Shown one piece after another: positions 1 through 16,328 of a stretch of DNA of 64,000 bases; within the stretch, counting starts at the first letter, position 1, and every line of letters begins with the position of its first letter. The position numbers were made by a program, and so were the translations under genes. The notes under the pieces were generated by a model. The model was not told the DNA's origin and searched no databases. It saw nothing but the letters and a program-made list of their open reading frames with translations. This DNA is from the human T2T-CHM13v2.0 reference genome, Homo sapiens. Where the stretch lies: NCBI RefSeq assembly GCF_009914755.1, contig NC_060926.1, one strand, 5' to 3'.

Positions 1-1974
1 TTTGCTTCTCTTTTTTTTCTTGTTTTATTTCTTCACCCTTTCTTGGATTCCTTTCTCTTCCCACAATTTCACCTAAGCGAAATTGTGTCCTATGCCTTAA
101 ATGTTTCTCCCCACAGTTGTCAACTACAGTAGCAACTAGTTTTCTTCTTGCTCCTTAGTTGCCTTCAAGGTGGCTGCAAATGGCCATAGAACTCAGCCCG
201 GCCCCACTCCAGGGAGTGCCTTTCACAGAACCTCAATATGACCAATGCAGCCCTTTGGTCCTATACCAAACCAAGATACTTGGTTTGTGTGTAACAAAAT
301 GAAAAACAAATGAACAAACTTTCATTAGCTAAGGCAATTGCCCTCCAAGGAGGGAAGCAACTGCATGGCCTTACTGAAGACTTTGTTGGGTTTCATCGAA
401 CAAAGGTGAGCTGGGGAAGGGTTTTGTTTTCTTAATTGGGGAGTGTTGAATGACACAGCATAATTGACAGAGGAATTTGAACAGAGGAGAGGATGAGAAG
501 AAGGGGTAGGAGGCTGGACAAGAAAAAAGAAGCCAGTAATTTGCAGTGAAGCTGGTCTTATGGTCAGGTGCAGCTAAGAGAAATTCCCCAAGGTGGAGTG
601 AACAAAACACACTGAAGACTAGAGATGCATAAAAGTTGTCATGTTAACATTGTCCTGTCTCCACACAAAACTCAAATTCATTGAATTATAATCATATATC
701 CTTTGGGGATATGTTTAATTGGTTGATTGATCGAATGATCAATTAGAAATTTCTGATAAAGCTAAGTTTGACATTTGAGGAAATTCAGTGCTGAGTTGAT
801 AAAGCAAGCACATGACAACCAGGAGCCTAGAAACAGAGGTGACCACAAGGACGAGTTTGCTCAAGAATTGCAGGAAATTTTGGGGGAGAGGATGGGAGTA
901 TGTGCAGATGTTTTAGACCTGCCCTGGGCATGAAACAGGGATTGCAGCTGATTTTATCTACATTTCTAGGGGCCACGGTACCCTGGTCAGCATCTGGTTT
1001 ACACATATGTAATCAGAGCACTCCTGGGTTTCCCTAAACAATAACATAGCATCTGCTTCTCATAAGCGGCTCAGAGAGAAGGTCAAAGAGGCTCTTATCC
1101 AACGACAATGGCATGTTTACTGTTCATTTAGAAAGAAGGCCTTGGAAAAAATTAAATGGATGAACTTGTTAATATAGCAAATGTGAAAAACCTGAGAAGA
1201 GCCTCTTAACTCCAGAGCTCATTGCCAGCTGGCACATGGCAGTTGCCTGAAGACTCAGAGAAAGGCTGGCCTGGAAGGAAGATTAGCAACCATTTCCATT
1301 CATAACTGAACAGGGGTGCCAGGTAGGAAAAGTGCTGACTTCTACAATGGGAAGACACTTCTCCTAATGAAATAAAATAGGATCTTTTTTTTTTTTCCTG
1401 GAGTTGACCCAAATGGCTCTGTACTCAGTATAACCACCATCACCCTTTCTCTGAGTAAAATAACTGCTGGAAAGCTGATTTGGGTTAGAGTGCTGGCAAG
1501 TAGGACTCAGTGGCCCCAAATATCTTCTACTTCAGAGCAATGAGAAAATTTCTAGCAAAGAGGGTATCATTAAATAAAAATGTCTACCATTAAGTACCTT
1601 AGTCCATTTATGTACTAGGTGCTGTGCTAAGAACATGGATCACATGCATCGTTTAATTAAATTTAATTCTCAACACAGATATTATTTATGGCTAGGAGAA
1701 GTCCTGTGGTTTTCCCCAACTTGAGCGAATCTTGACTTGGGCCTTTGGGATTGAGTAAAAGCAATGTGTCATCATCACTGTTGATTGATTAAATATCAAT
1801 GTCATTTTTTACTGCAGTGTCCCAGCTCAAAGAACAAATATCACACATTTTATAGCTGGTGAGGTATCAGATTTTTTTTTAATACGGACTTCTTTATTGA
1901 TTACTTCTGATGCCCTTGAGACAAAACTAGAGAAGTAGGAAAAACCCTAATATTGGGACACAGCCAGGAAACTT

Positions 1975-2096
1975 GGGGTATGTAACTTTGGATAAACTAA
2001 TAACATTCCTGAGTCTTAAATTTTTTATCTATAAAATATGGGATTTGGAATCTGAGCTCTTTTCTGGCCCCTCTAGCTGAAAATCTATGATCCTAT
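1975..2096 (+). mobile_element. MIR3/MIRc fragment (L1 target site)
   Basis: cctgagtcttaaattttttatctataaaatatggg core plus the ctctagctgaaaatctatgatcctat tail typical of MIR3. Confidence 0.6.
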
Positions 2097-2393
2097 TTTT
2101 TTTTTTTTGACTGAAAATGTATTTAATTTTTTTTAAAATTATTATTATACTTTGAGTTTTAGGGTACATGTGCACAATGTGCAGGTTAGTTACATATGTA
2201 TACATGTGCCATGCTGGTGCGCTGCACCCATTAACTTATCATTTAGCATTAGGTATATCTCCTAATGCTATCCCTCCCCCCTCCCCCCACCCCACAACAG
2301 TCCCCAGAGTGTGATGTTCCCCTTCCTGTGTCCATGTGTTCTCATTGTTCAATTCCCACCTATGAGTGAGAACATGTGGTGTTTGGTTCTTTG

Positions 2394-4206
<1,813 letters not shown>

Positions 4207-4588
4207 CTAGAGATCTGAGAATGGGCAGACTGCCTCCTCAAGTGGGTCCCTGACCCCCGATCCCCGAGCAGCCTAACTGGGAGGCACCCCCTAGTAGGGG
4301 CAGACTGACACCTCACACGGCTGGGTACTCCTCTGAGACAAAACTTCCAGAGGAACGATCAGATGGCAGCATTTGCGGTTCACGAAAATCCACTGTTCTG
4401 CAGCCACTGCCGCTGCTGATACCCAGGCAAACAGAGTCTGGAGTGGACCTCTAGGAAACTCCAACAGACCTGCAGCTGAGGGTCCTGTCTGTTAGAAGGA
4501 AAACTAACAAACAGAAAGGATATCCACACCAAAAACCCATCTGTACATCACCATCATCAAAGACCAAAAGTAGATAAAAACCACAAAG

Positions 4589-5603
4589 AGGGGAAAAAAC
4601 AGAGCAGAAAAACTGGAAACTCTAAAAAGCAGAGCGCCTCTCCTCCTCCAAAGGAACGCAGTTCCTCACCAACAATGGAACAAAGCTGGATGGAGAATGA
4701 CTTTGACGAGCTGAGAGAAGAAGGCTTCAGACGAACAAACTACTCTGAGCTACAGGAGGGAATTCAAACCAAAGGCAAAGAAGTTAAAAACTTTGAAAAA
4801 AATTTAGACGAATGTATAACTAGAATAACCAATACAGAGAAGTGCTTAAAGGAGCTGATGGAGCTGAAAGCCAAGGCTCGAGAACTACGTGAAGAATGCA
4901 GAAGCCTCAGGAGCCGATGCGATCAACTGGAAGAAAGGGTATCAGTGATGGAAGATGAAATGAATGAAATGAACTGAGAAGGGAAGTTTAGAGAAAAAAG
5001 AATAAAAAGAAATGAGCAAAGCCTCCAAGAAATATGGGACTATGTGAAAAGACCAAATCTACGTCTTATTGGTGTACCTGAAAGTGACTGGGAGAATGGA
5101 ACCAAGTTGGAAAACACTCTCCAGGATATTATCCGGGAGAACTTCCCAAATCTAGCAAGGCAGGCCAACATTCAGATTCAGGAAATACAGAGAACGTCAC
5201 AAAGATACTCCTCAAGAAGAGCAACTCCAAGACACATAGTTGTCCTATTCACCAAAGTTGAAATGAAGGAAAAAATGTTAAAGGCAGCCAGAGAGAAAGG
5301 TCGGGTTACCATCAAAGGGAAGCCCATCAGACTAACAGGGGATCTCTCGGCAGAAACTCTACAAGCCAGAAGAGATTGGGGCCAATATTCAACATTCTTA
5401 AAGAAAAGAATTTTCAACCCAGAATTTCATATCCAGCCAAACTTAGCTTCATAAGTGAAGAAGAAATAAAATACTTTACAGACAAGCAAATGTTGAGAGA
5501 TTTTGTCACCACCAGGCCTGCCCTAAAAGAGCTCCTGAAGGAAGCACTAAACATGGGAAGGAACAACCGATACCAGCCAGTGCAAAATCATGCCAAATTG
5601 TAA
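4589..5603 (+). pseudogene. L1 ORF1 in inverted arm, disrupted
   Basis: ORF1p peptides MEQSWMENDFDELREEG, KRPNLRLIGV and YPAKLSF are split over three ORFs. Start ATG lost (aaagaggggaaa), stop at 4975, frameshift near 5376. Confidence 0.93.
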
Positions 5604-5666
5604 AGACCATCGAGGCTAGGAAGTAACTGCATCAATTAACGAGCAAAATAACCAGCTAACATCATA

Positions 5667-7682
<2,016 letters not shown>

Positions 7683-8879
7683 TGAGAGCAATTACTGTTT
7701 CTTCTACACTGATTTATCTGATTCTTGAGACTGTCACTTGTGAATAAGGGATCAAGTATGAATTAAATCAATCAACCAAGGATCAGGACACCTGATGTTC
7801 CAGAAACCAGCCCAGCAGTAGTTTCTTTCTGTTCCTCTCTCTTCTCAATTAGAAAATGTCTTCGCTGTTTCTAAGTGAAAAATATAATATGCTTGATTTC
7901 AAGTTCCATGAGCAGAGTCTATGTAAACTGAATATCATAGCTCACTTGGATAAAGTTCCCAAGCATATTGTTGCAGAAAACCACGTTACAGGATATGTAC
8001 AATGTAATGGCATTTATAGAATACATGTAACAGTTGTATGGGCTTGTTTATGTATGGGTGTGTGTACACAAAAATTAAGAAAAAATGATTAGAGGTCAAA
8101 GGCTTATTTATAACACTTTTTTTACAGGAAGATACACTATTTTCTATTTTAACATTTAAAAGCAATAAAAAACACAGTTTTTTTTTTTGGTAGTACAGTA
8201 TTTGCTGTTGTTACTATTACTGAAACTAATGATCATGTCTTTAAGAATGGACCAGAAGAAATCAGTCAGCTGTAAGAAGAGATCTGGTAGGTGCTTGTAT
8301 GGTGGGAAGGGTGTTGGGTGTTAGAAGTGAGTTATAAGATGGGCAGTGTGATATAGAAGAATGGTTGCTGTATTGCAGGCATTTGAGTACTGGCCTTGTT
8401 TTTTGCTGTTTCTTGATTTGTCTTCTAAGGTATTTGGTGCAGGTTATTTTGGAATGTGGGCCTTGGCTGCACTTCCCAGCAACTTGCTAAAGCTGTGTCA
8501 ACTCTGTCAGGTGAGGGAAGCCTTACTCCACTGTCTTTCCCCTGAGAGCTGTGGCTATTTCTTAACTCTCTACAATGACTTCCAAATGCTAGTGAATTCT
8601 CTAGGTATGATAACCTAAATAAATAACAATGAAGTGAATACTTCAGTATCTCCAGATACTTGGACTTTAAGGAAAACTATATTGCTTTGAGGAAAGAGAC
8701 TGACAATGTACTTATTTTGATAAAAAGGAAAGATGACTTTGTGCCTATGAAATTGAGGACAAGCATGGTTGTGGGGTGTGTGTGTGTGATATGTGTTTCC
8801 TGGATGTTGGAGGAATATCGTACTCTCCCTTATAGTTCATTTAGGCTCTACAGCAATTAATAGATAATTTTTAAAAACC

Positions 8880-9030
8880 TTCTGTATTCATTATTTCACT
8901 TTATCCTTGTAGCAGTCTTACAGATTAATGTACACAATTATATGGAGAAGAATCTAGAGACCAGAGAAATTAAACGATTTACTAAAGGATATGCAAGTGA
9001 CAGAACAGAACTGGAGCTCTACCCCAGTAA
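8880..9030 (-). mobile_element. MIR fragment
   Basis: ttatttcactttatcc..gagaccagagaaattaaacgatttactaaagg resembles the reverse MIR core. Confidence 0.5.
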
Positions 9031-10059
9031 ATCCCATTATCAACCTCCCAATACTTAAGAGCCCTGCTGCAAGCTGAGCTTTCAGAGGGTGTGGCCTGGT
9101 GAAACAGTTGCATGCATAGGACTGTAGGAGTTAAAGGAAGCAGGATACAGATAGCATTCTGCTCCCACGTGATTGGTCCACAAGAAATGGTGGATGTTAT
9201 TGTTATTATATGTTACTCCAGTTATTCAAATTTCAGGAAACATTGAAGGACAACCCTCCTGAGTTTGATGAGATTCTCTAACATGATTATTTCTGCAAAG
9301 GCTCTCCTTCCTTCATGCCACCTCACACTTTTTCCCCTTCATTTCGGGTACCTTGATGAGCATAATTGACATCTCAAGCTCTGGTGGCTACCACTGGAGA
9401 CCTGTTGTGAAGTTGCCCAAATAGTTTGGAGTCCCTGACAAAGATTAAGGGCTCTGGCCTTAGCCGTTCCAGGAGGCAGTGATGTGTGTATGAACAAACT
9501 AAGTTTAATCACACAGAGTCATAGTTGGTGCAGTTTATCAGTGACGTAGCATCAAATAAATGACTCCTGGAGAACAGCTCATTCTAAAGCCAGCTGCTTT
9601 TATTGCTGAACTCTGATTTCACTATAATTAATAAGAATGTGCTTTCCCATCTTTGGAGATAAGAACAGCATCTCAAAGCCCTCCCACTCCCAGCATTGTC
9701 TTGCCATTAATCTATAGGACTCAAGTTGGTTCCATTTCATCAATACCCTGTGGCTTGTGAAACAACTGTCCTGCATGGATAAAGAGGTAGATAATCCTTA
9801 GGTCATTGTAAGACCCAGTCTCCTGCTGCTGAAGAGAATATAGCTTCAGGATAACACTAGTAATAATTCAACACCCACCTCCTTACCTAGTAAGGCCTCA
9901 TATACTTCACACTCTCAGTGCTCTGAAAACAATTCACTGCTACTGAAAAGGGGAGACATTTCTCTCAAGAATGAATCTGATTTTTCTACATAGCTGAGGC
10001 CTAAATTCCATGCTCTTTGGATTTTGCCTGTGAGTGTCCCTCTGGGCTTGGCCACATTA

Positions 10060-12140
10060 TATTTTATCTTGCTTATGTCTTTTATTACGTAAGTAATATA
10101 TTCTCAAATAAAAGATTCAGATAATACAGAAGTATATGAAGAAAAACATGGAAGTCTTTCTCTTTTCTCCTTCCCCATTTTCTTTCCTTAGTCCAGAGAT
10201 AGTGTCATGTTTTTAAACATAAATAATTTAGCATTCTTTAGAATAAAGTTCAAATTATATACATATATATATCTTTTTGCAACTTGTACATATCTTTTGG
10301 AAACTTGTTTTTTCCACTCATCCTTATGTTTATTCATATGGATAAACACAACTTCATTTATTTTTTTGCTGTATGGTCTTCCGTTATGTGAACATACCAC
10401 AAATTACCTAGACATTCTTCCACTGGGGAATGTTAATCATCTCCAATACTGGCTCTGACAAAGAAAATTGTAATGATCATTCTTATGCATATTGTTTTGT
10501 GTAAGACTTGAGTTTCTTCAGAGTACTCACCCATGTGTGGAATTTCTGGATTGTGAAATTTCTGGCTTGTGGATTGTAGTTTATGTGCTATTCAGCTTTA
10601 ACAAATACTGCTATCTGAAGGTATAATTTTAATAATTCTTTTTTTACACATTTCTCAACATTTGGTATTGTCAGACACTTAACTTTTCCCTGTGATTTTT
10701 TGCATTAACTTGCATTTCCCTAGTTGCCAGTGAAGTTGTGAAAATTTTCCGTGTTTTATTAGACATTGATATTTCTTCTTCAGTGACTTGCCTATGTATA
10801 CCATTTGCTAATTTTTAATTATCAGAATAACATCTGACACAAAGCACTTACTACATGTGTCTAAGGGCTGTTCATATTTAAAGTCACTGAATCTTCATAA
10901 GAATCATTTGAAAGAACTCAGCCTAACTCATAAATAGTAAGTGGCCAAACTAGCTTCAAGTCCAGAAAATTTCCTGTGTTTCTCATTAGTTTTAATAATT
11001 TGAATATAAATCATTTGGATTTTCTAAAACCTATAATTAAAATTTCAGTGAAGTCGTCTTTTCCAAGACTTACACCTTCATTTAATTTTCTTAGGATTCC
11101 TTACTTCTTTTTATGGTCCTTGTCTGATACTGAAATCCAGGCTTTACTTGCCTCCTAAAATGATTGGGGAGCATTTCCTTCTTTTAAATATATATTCTCT
11201 GTGATATTTTGCATAATATTAGGATTATCTGTTCCTTAAATATTTGGTAGAACTTGTTTGTAAAGGCATCTGGGCCTTTTTTCACTCCCCCAGTAGGTAA
11301 ACTTTAAATTATCGATTTATTTCTTAGACAGTTTTGGTCTAGTCTTGTTTATGTATATTTCATTTTGATAAATTACATGTTCTTTAGAAAAGAGTCCATT
11401 TGTTCTGTGTTCATGTTTATTAATGTGATTTTTTCATATTACATAAATTTTACTTTAACATTGCAAAAATTTTTAACCTGTTGAAGAATATAGAAAAATG
11501 ATATTAACATCATATAATTCCACCAAATTAAACAGGTTAGCAAATATTTGCCATATTTGCTTCAGATTTTTTACTCACTCTCAGAGAAAGGAAGATGAAG
11601 AGAGAGAGGGAATGAGGGAGAGAGAAAGGAAGAAAGGAAGGAAAAAAGGGTGAGAGGAGGAAAGGAAGAAAAAGGGGAGGAAAGGAAGGAAGGAAGAAAA
11701 TATTACAGATACAGCTGGAGATACCCCTTTACATGCTACTTTAATCTTTTTTCCTGAGATAATCCCATCCTGAAGCAAGTGTACACTACATTCCTGTATT
11801 ATTTTCATAGCTCCACTGTATATTTATATATGCATCTTTAAATAACATACACTATTATATTGTGGGGTAAGCCATATGTGAGAGCTAGAGGCGAGGATTT
11901 CCTGGGAACCAAATTAATCCCTTTTTTAAAAAAATAGTATTTTATTTTTATCACATATGAAAGTATTCTTAACAATATACTATTTAGCTTTCCTTATAAT
12001 TGGGTATTATGCTGTATATAGTCTTCTGCAACTTGCTTGTGTCACTCAAATTATATTTCTAAGAATTGCATATGTTTTTCACATAGTTACATTCATGTTT
12101 CACTACTGAATAATATTTTTGTGTGTATTTTTCCAGCTTC
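10060..12140 (-). mobile_element. Old L1M (L1MC/ME-like) fragments with an embedded MIR
   Basis: Degraded reverse L1 ORF2/3' motifs (ttgcatttccctagttgccagtgaagttg; tttggtagaacttgtttgtaaaggcatctgggcct); MIR-like stretch at about 10840-10970. Confidence 0.55.
11582..11700 (+). repeat. GA-rich polypurine low-complexity tract
   Basis: About 120 bp of almost pure G/A (gaaaggaagaaaggaaggaaaaaaggg...). Confidence 0.9.
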
Positions 12141-12189
12141 TTGATATTAGACACCTTTCTTTCCTTGCTTCCTTTTCTTTATTAAAGAG

Positions 12190-12477
12190 TAGTTATTGAA
12201 TACTAACATGCCAGGCCCTATTCTAAAATGTGAAGATATAGTAGTAGAAAACCCAAAGATCTTTGTCTTTGAAGTCTAGATTCTAGAGGGTAAAATAGCT
12301 AATAAAGAAGCATATGAATAAAATATGTAGTCTGTTATATGGAGATAAATACTAAGGGAAAGGAGAATTCCAAGCAGAGAGGAGCAAGTTCAAGGATGTT
12401 AAGGTAGGAGCATGCCTGGTGTGCTCAAGAGCCTGCGGGGAGGCCAGTGTGGCTGAAAATGTTCAAGATGGAGAGTG
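12190..12477 (-). mobile_element. L2 fragment (continues at about 13925-14120)
   Basis: ttattgaatactaacatgccaggccc, gcatgcctggtgtgctcaag..aggccagtgtggctg; resumes as gcagatcatggagggctttg after the L1MA. Confidence 0.7.
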
Positions 12478-13909
12478 GATCCAGCAATCCTACTACTGGG
12501 TATATATCCAAAAGAGATGAAATCAGTATGTTGAAGAGATATCCTGCCCTCCCATGTTTATTGCAGCACTATTCACAATAGCCAAGATACATATAAAAAA
12601 GAAGGAAGTCCTGTCATTTGTGACAACATGGATGAACCTGTAAGACATTATGTTAAGTAAGCCAGGCATGGAAGAACATATACCATATGATGTCATTCGA
12701 ATGTGGAATCTAAAAAAGTTGATCACAGAGAAGTAGAAAATAGAATGGCGGTCACCACAGGCTGGAGTGGTTGGGGAGACAGGGATGTGGAGATGTTGGT
12801 CAAAGGATATAAAATTACAGTTAGATAGGAGGAATAAATTAGAGACCTACTTTATAGCATGGTGACTACAGCTAATGACAATATATTGTACTGTCCTGCA
12901 TAATGACATTTTAGTCAATGATAGATTGAATATAGAATGATGATCCAATAAGATTATAATAGAGCTGAAAAATTCCTATCGTCCTTTTCCAGTAGGGCAA
13001 GATTTGGAGGTAGAAGACAGTGATGATAATAATCCTGATCCCATGTAGGCTTAGGCTAATGTGTATGTTTGTGTGTTTTTAACAAAAAGTTTAAAAAGTA
13101 AAAAAAAAATCATAGAAAAAATTATTATAGAATAAGAATATAAAGAAAATATTTTTGTACAGCTAATGTGTTTGTTTTGAACTGTGTTATGGAAAACTGA
13201 AAACATTTTTTTAAAATTTAAAAAGTTTATAAAGAAATTAGAGTAAGCTATGGTTAATGTATTATTGAAGAAATGTTTTAAATGAATCCAGTGTAGCCTA
13301 AGTGTACAGTGTTTATAAGGTCTACAGTACTGAATGGGAATGTGCCAGGCCTTCACATTCATACATTACTCACTCATTGACTCACCCAGAGCAACTTTTA
13401 GTCCAGCAAGCTCCATTCATTGTAAGTGCAATGTATAGGTGTACCACTTTTTATCTTTTATACCCTATTTTTACTGTACCTTTTCTATGTTTAGATATCC
13501 TTAGATTCACAAATACTTACTATTGTGTTCCAGTTGCCTGCAGTATTCTGTAGAGTAACATGCTGTAGAGGTAGCCTAGGAGCAATAGCCTCTACTGTAT
13601 GGCCTAGGTGTGTAGCAGGCTATACCATCAGGTCTATGTATGTCTACTCTATAATGTTTATACAAGAACAAAAATCACCTAATGATGCATTTCTCAGAAT
13701 GTATTCCCATCATTAAGCAGCGCATGACTGTATTCTTGAAAAACGCGAACAGAGTGGATGTTACGTGCTCTCACCACAAAAATAACTGTGAGATAATGCA
13801 TATATTAATTATCCAGACTTAACCATTCCACAGTGTATATATACTTAAAAATATAATGTCGTGCACAATAAATACATAACTTTTATCTTTAAAAAATAGA
13901 AAAATAAGA
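12478..13909 (+). mobile_element. L1MA-type 3' end, interrupted by Tigger3b
   Basis: gatccagcaatcctactactgggtatatatcc..atggatgaacc..gttagataggaggaataa, resuming at 13733 up to an A-rich tail. Degenerate TSD aagat(aa)ggagagtg at 12465-12477 and 13910-13924. Confidence 0.85.
12891..13730 (+). mobile_element. Tigger3b (Golem/MER7-type) non-autonomous DNA transposon
   Basis: 5' end ctgtcc..aagattataatagagctgaaaaattcctatc, 3' end ttctcagaatgtattccc..cgcatgactg, TA target duplication at both ends. Confidence 0.85.
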
Positions 13910-14124
13910 AAGATAAGGAGAGTGACCAAAGACCCCGTTAGAGAAGTAGGAGATAGAAAGAGTAGAGAGAGAATGCGGGTCTGCAGATCATGGAGGGCTT
14001 TGCAAGTGAAATGACGATTTCTATCAGCATCTCTTGGGCTGCTGAGAAAAGTCTGTAGGACTTAGAGTTGAAGCAGAGATACCAGTTAGGAATCCAGGTA
14101 TGATATGATGGTGGCTTAGCCATA

Positions 14125-14280
14125 TTTTATCTCACTTGTTTCTCACAACAGCCTGTAAGGTAAATATATACCCGTTTTACCAATGAAGAGTTGAGGCTCC
14201 TGTGGGGTCAGTAGGCTCTCTATCTAACTCACTGTCACATATCCTGTTTGTGGTGGAGTAGGACTGAAACCTGTTTGACT
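14125..14280 (-). mobile_element. MIR
   Basis: tctcacaacagcctgtaagg..cccgttttaccaatgaagagttgaggctc. Confidence 0.65.
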
Positions 14281-15029
14281 TAAACTTCTGTTTGACTATT
14301 TATATTCCTAGAAATATTTCATGCTTACAGCAAAACTATTTTGCCTCTTTTAAAACCAAAACCACTAACATGGTATCTAGTCCAAATAATCATGGACTAG
14401 ATTATTGGAACCTGGAATTTTGTTGAGAATCCCAGCTGTATTGTTTCGGCTTTCAGATACTCATGTCTACATAAGGAAGAAGTATCATCGAAAGGAAAAC
14501 TTAACCCAAAGCATAGCTAAGATAGCATCAGAACTGTGACAGCTATAGTTCTCTGCAGGTACCACCCTCAAAGATTACTCTGTGATTACATGACTGTACT
14601 TAGATTCTTTGAGGAACATCTGTTTTTTTTTTGTTTACTACACCCAAACTTAGAAAGGGCCATGACAATTTGTTGCCCTCCAGATTCAGTTTTTGTAATT
14701 GCCCATTAAGGGTGATTGCTAACAGTGTTTAATCAAAGGAATTTTAAATGGGGTTTCGTGGTTTAGGATTTCAAAGTCTTCTATAAATCTTAGGGAGCCA
14801 CTATTGCATGGTATATTTGATAGTGTGGTCTTTGCGGAATTCATATGGTGTCATGAAGATTTGAAGCAGAGAGGAAACTGAAAAATTACTTAGTGCACTA
14901 CCTTTATTTTATAAATGAACAAAGTGAGGAAAAGAGAGGCCATTGGCTTAAAGTTGTTCATTGTTTCAGAACTGAGCAAAGATGTTGTGAGAGACCCTCT
15001 AATATATCTGAAGGAAAAAGTCTTTAGAT

Positions 15030-15200
15030 ATCAGATTGGCATGACTGTCTTACTCTCTGGATGTGTGACCCTGGAAATGTTATCTGAACTTTATAAACCT
15101 CAGTTTCTTCATTTGTAAGTTCTGGGTAATAACTGTCTTGTAGAATAGCTGAGGAAAATTATAAATATGTCAAAAGCAGCCAGGTAGGACTGTAAGTACT
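15030..15200 (+). mobile_element. MIR
   Basis: tgtgtgaccctggaaatgttatctgaactttataaacctcagtttcttcatttgtaa. Confidence 0.75.
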
Positions 15201-15664
15201 AGCTATAATTTATATTGCTTTTTCAGCTCAACAGTCTTTTCAACTCTACTTTCTAAATTACTTGCCTCCAAGTCTCAGTCTAAGCCAAACTTTAAACCTC
15301 ATCCACACTGACAAGAAAATCAGCTTTGAAAATAATCTTGAAATGATGTATTTTATGAAGGGGATGGGTGTAACTGGATTCTTCACTCCTCCCACTCCAG
15401 ATCTACTTGCTCCTCTCCTGCTTTCTTCCAAATAATGTCTTACCAGAACTAATGGAAAAATTATCCTGGTCTTAATGATTCCCATCTGGTTATATATAAG
15501 TAATCAATCAAATTCTGCCAAAAATTAGCAAATATATTTCATTTTTAATAATAGACATGACAGATAGTTGCTAGCTGGTAGGTTTGCTGGAGGACACTCA
15601 CAGGAGACCAGTTTTTCCCAAGATACACTTAGAAGCAGTAGAGAACATTTAAACCTCACAGATG

Positions 15665-15810
15665 GTACTTACTAGCTCTGTGTCTTTAGGCATATTATTT
15701 AGTCCTTCTGAGCCCTGCTTCTTCAGCTCTAAAAGGTGAGTCACAATAATCATTTATTTGGAGGCTAGTTGTGAAGATTAAATGATGTAACAGAGGTCGA
15801 ACACTTAGCA
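15665..15810 (+). mobile_element. MIR interrupted by MER44
   Basis: acttactagctctgtgtcttt..gttgtgaagattaaatga..cacttagcacag; the tail resumes at about 16345 (gggtgccaaataaat). Confidence 0.7.
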
Positions 15811-16328
15811 CAGTGGTTTACCCTTTCCATGGTTTTAGCTACTTGCAGTCAACCACAGTCTGAAAATATTAAATGGAAAGTTCCAGAAAGAAACAATTCA
15901 TAAGTTGTAAGTTGTGCACCTGTCTGAGTAGCATGATGAAATGTCTTACAATTCCACTCCCTTCCCCCCAGGATGTGAATCATCCCTTTGTCTAGTTACT
16001 TCTATATACTACCTCCCCCTTAGTCACTTAGTAGCCATCTTGATAAGATCAACTGTTGGGAGAATGCAGTGCTTGTGTTCAAGTAATCCTTATTTTATTA
16101 ATGGCTCCAAAGTACAAGAGGAGTGATTCTGGCATATTGTTATAATTGTTTTATTTTGTTATTGGTTATTGTTATTAATCTCTTATGCCGTACCTAAAAT
16201 TAAACTATTATCATAGGTATGTATGTACAGGAAAAGCATAGAACCTATACAGTTTGGTACTATGTAAGGTTTTGGGCATCCACTGAGGGTTTTGGAAGGT
16301 ACTGTCCAAGGATAAGGGGGAATTACTG
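15811..16328 (+). mobile_element. MER44 (Tigger7 derivative)
   Basis: gtcaaccacagtctgaaaatattaaatggaaagttccagaa..gatgtgaatcatccctttgtc; 3' TIR ggataagggggaattactg followed by TA; 5' TIR eroded. Confidence 0.8.

Noticed and set aside
8246-8292. Possible small exon (taag|aatgg..atctg|gtaggt)
   Set aside because: Weak pyrimidine tract and no supporting evidence.
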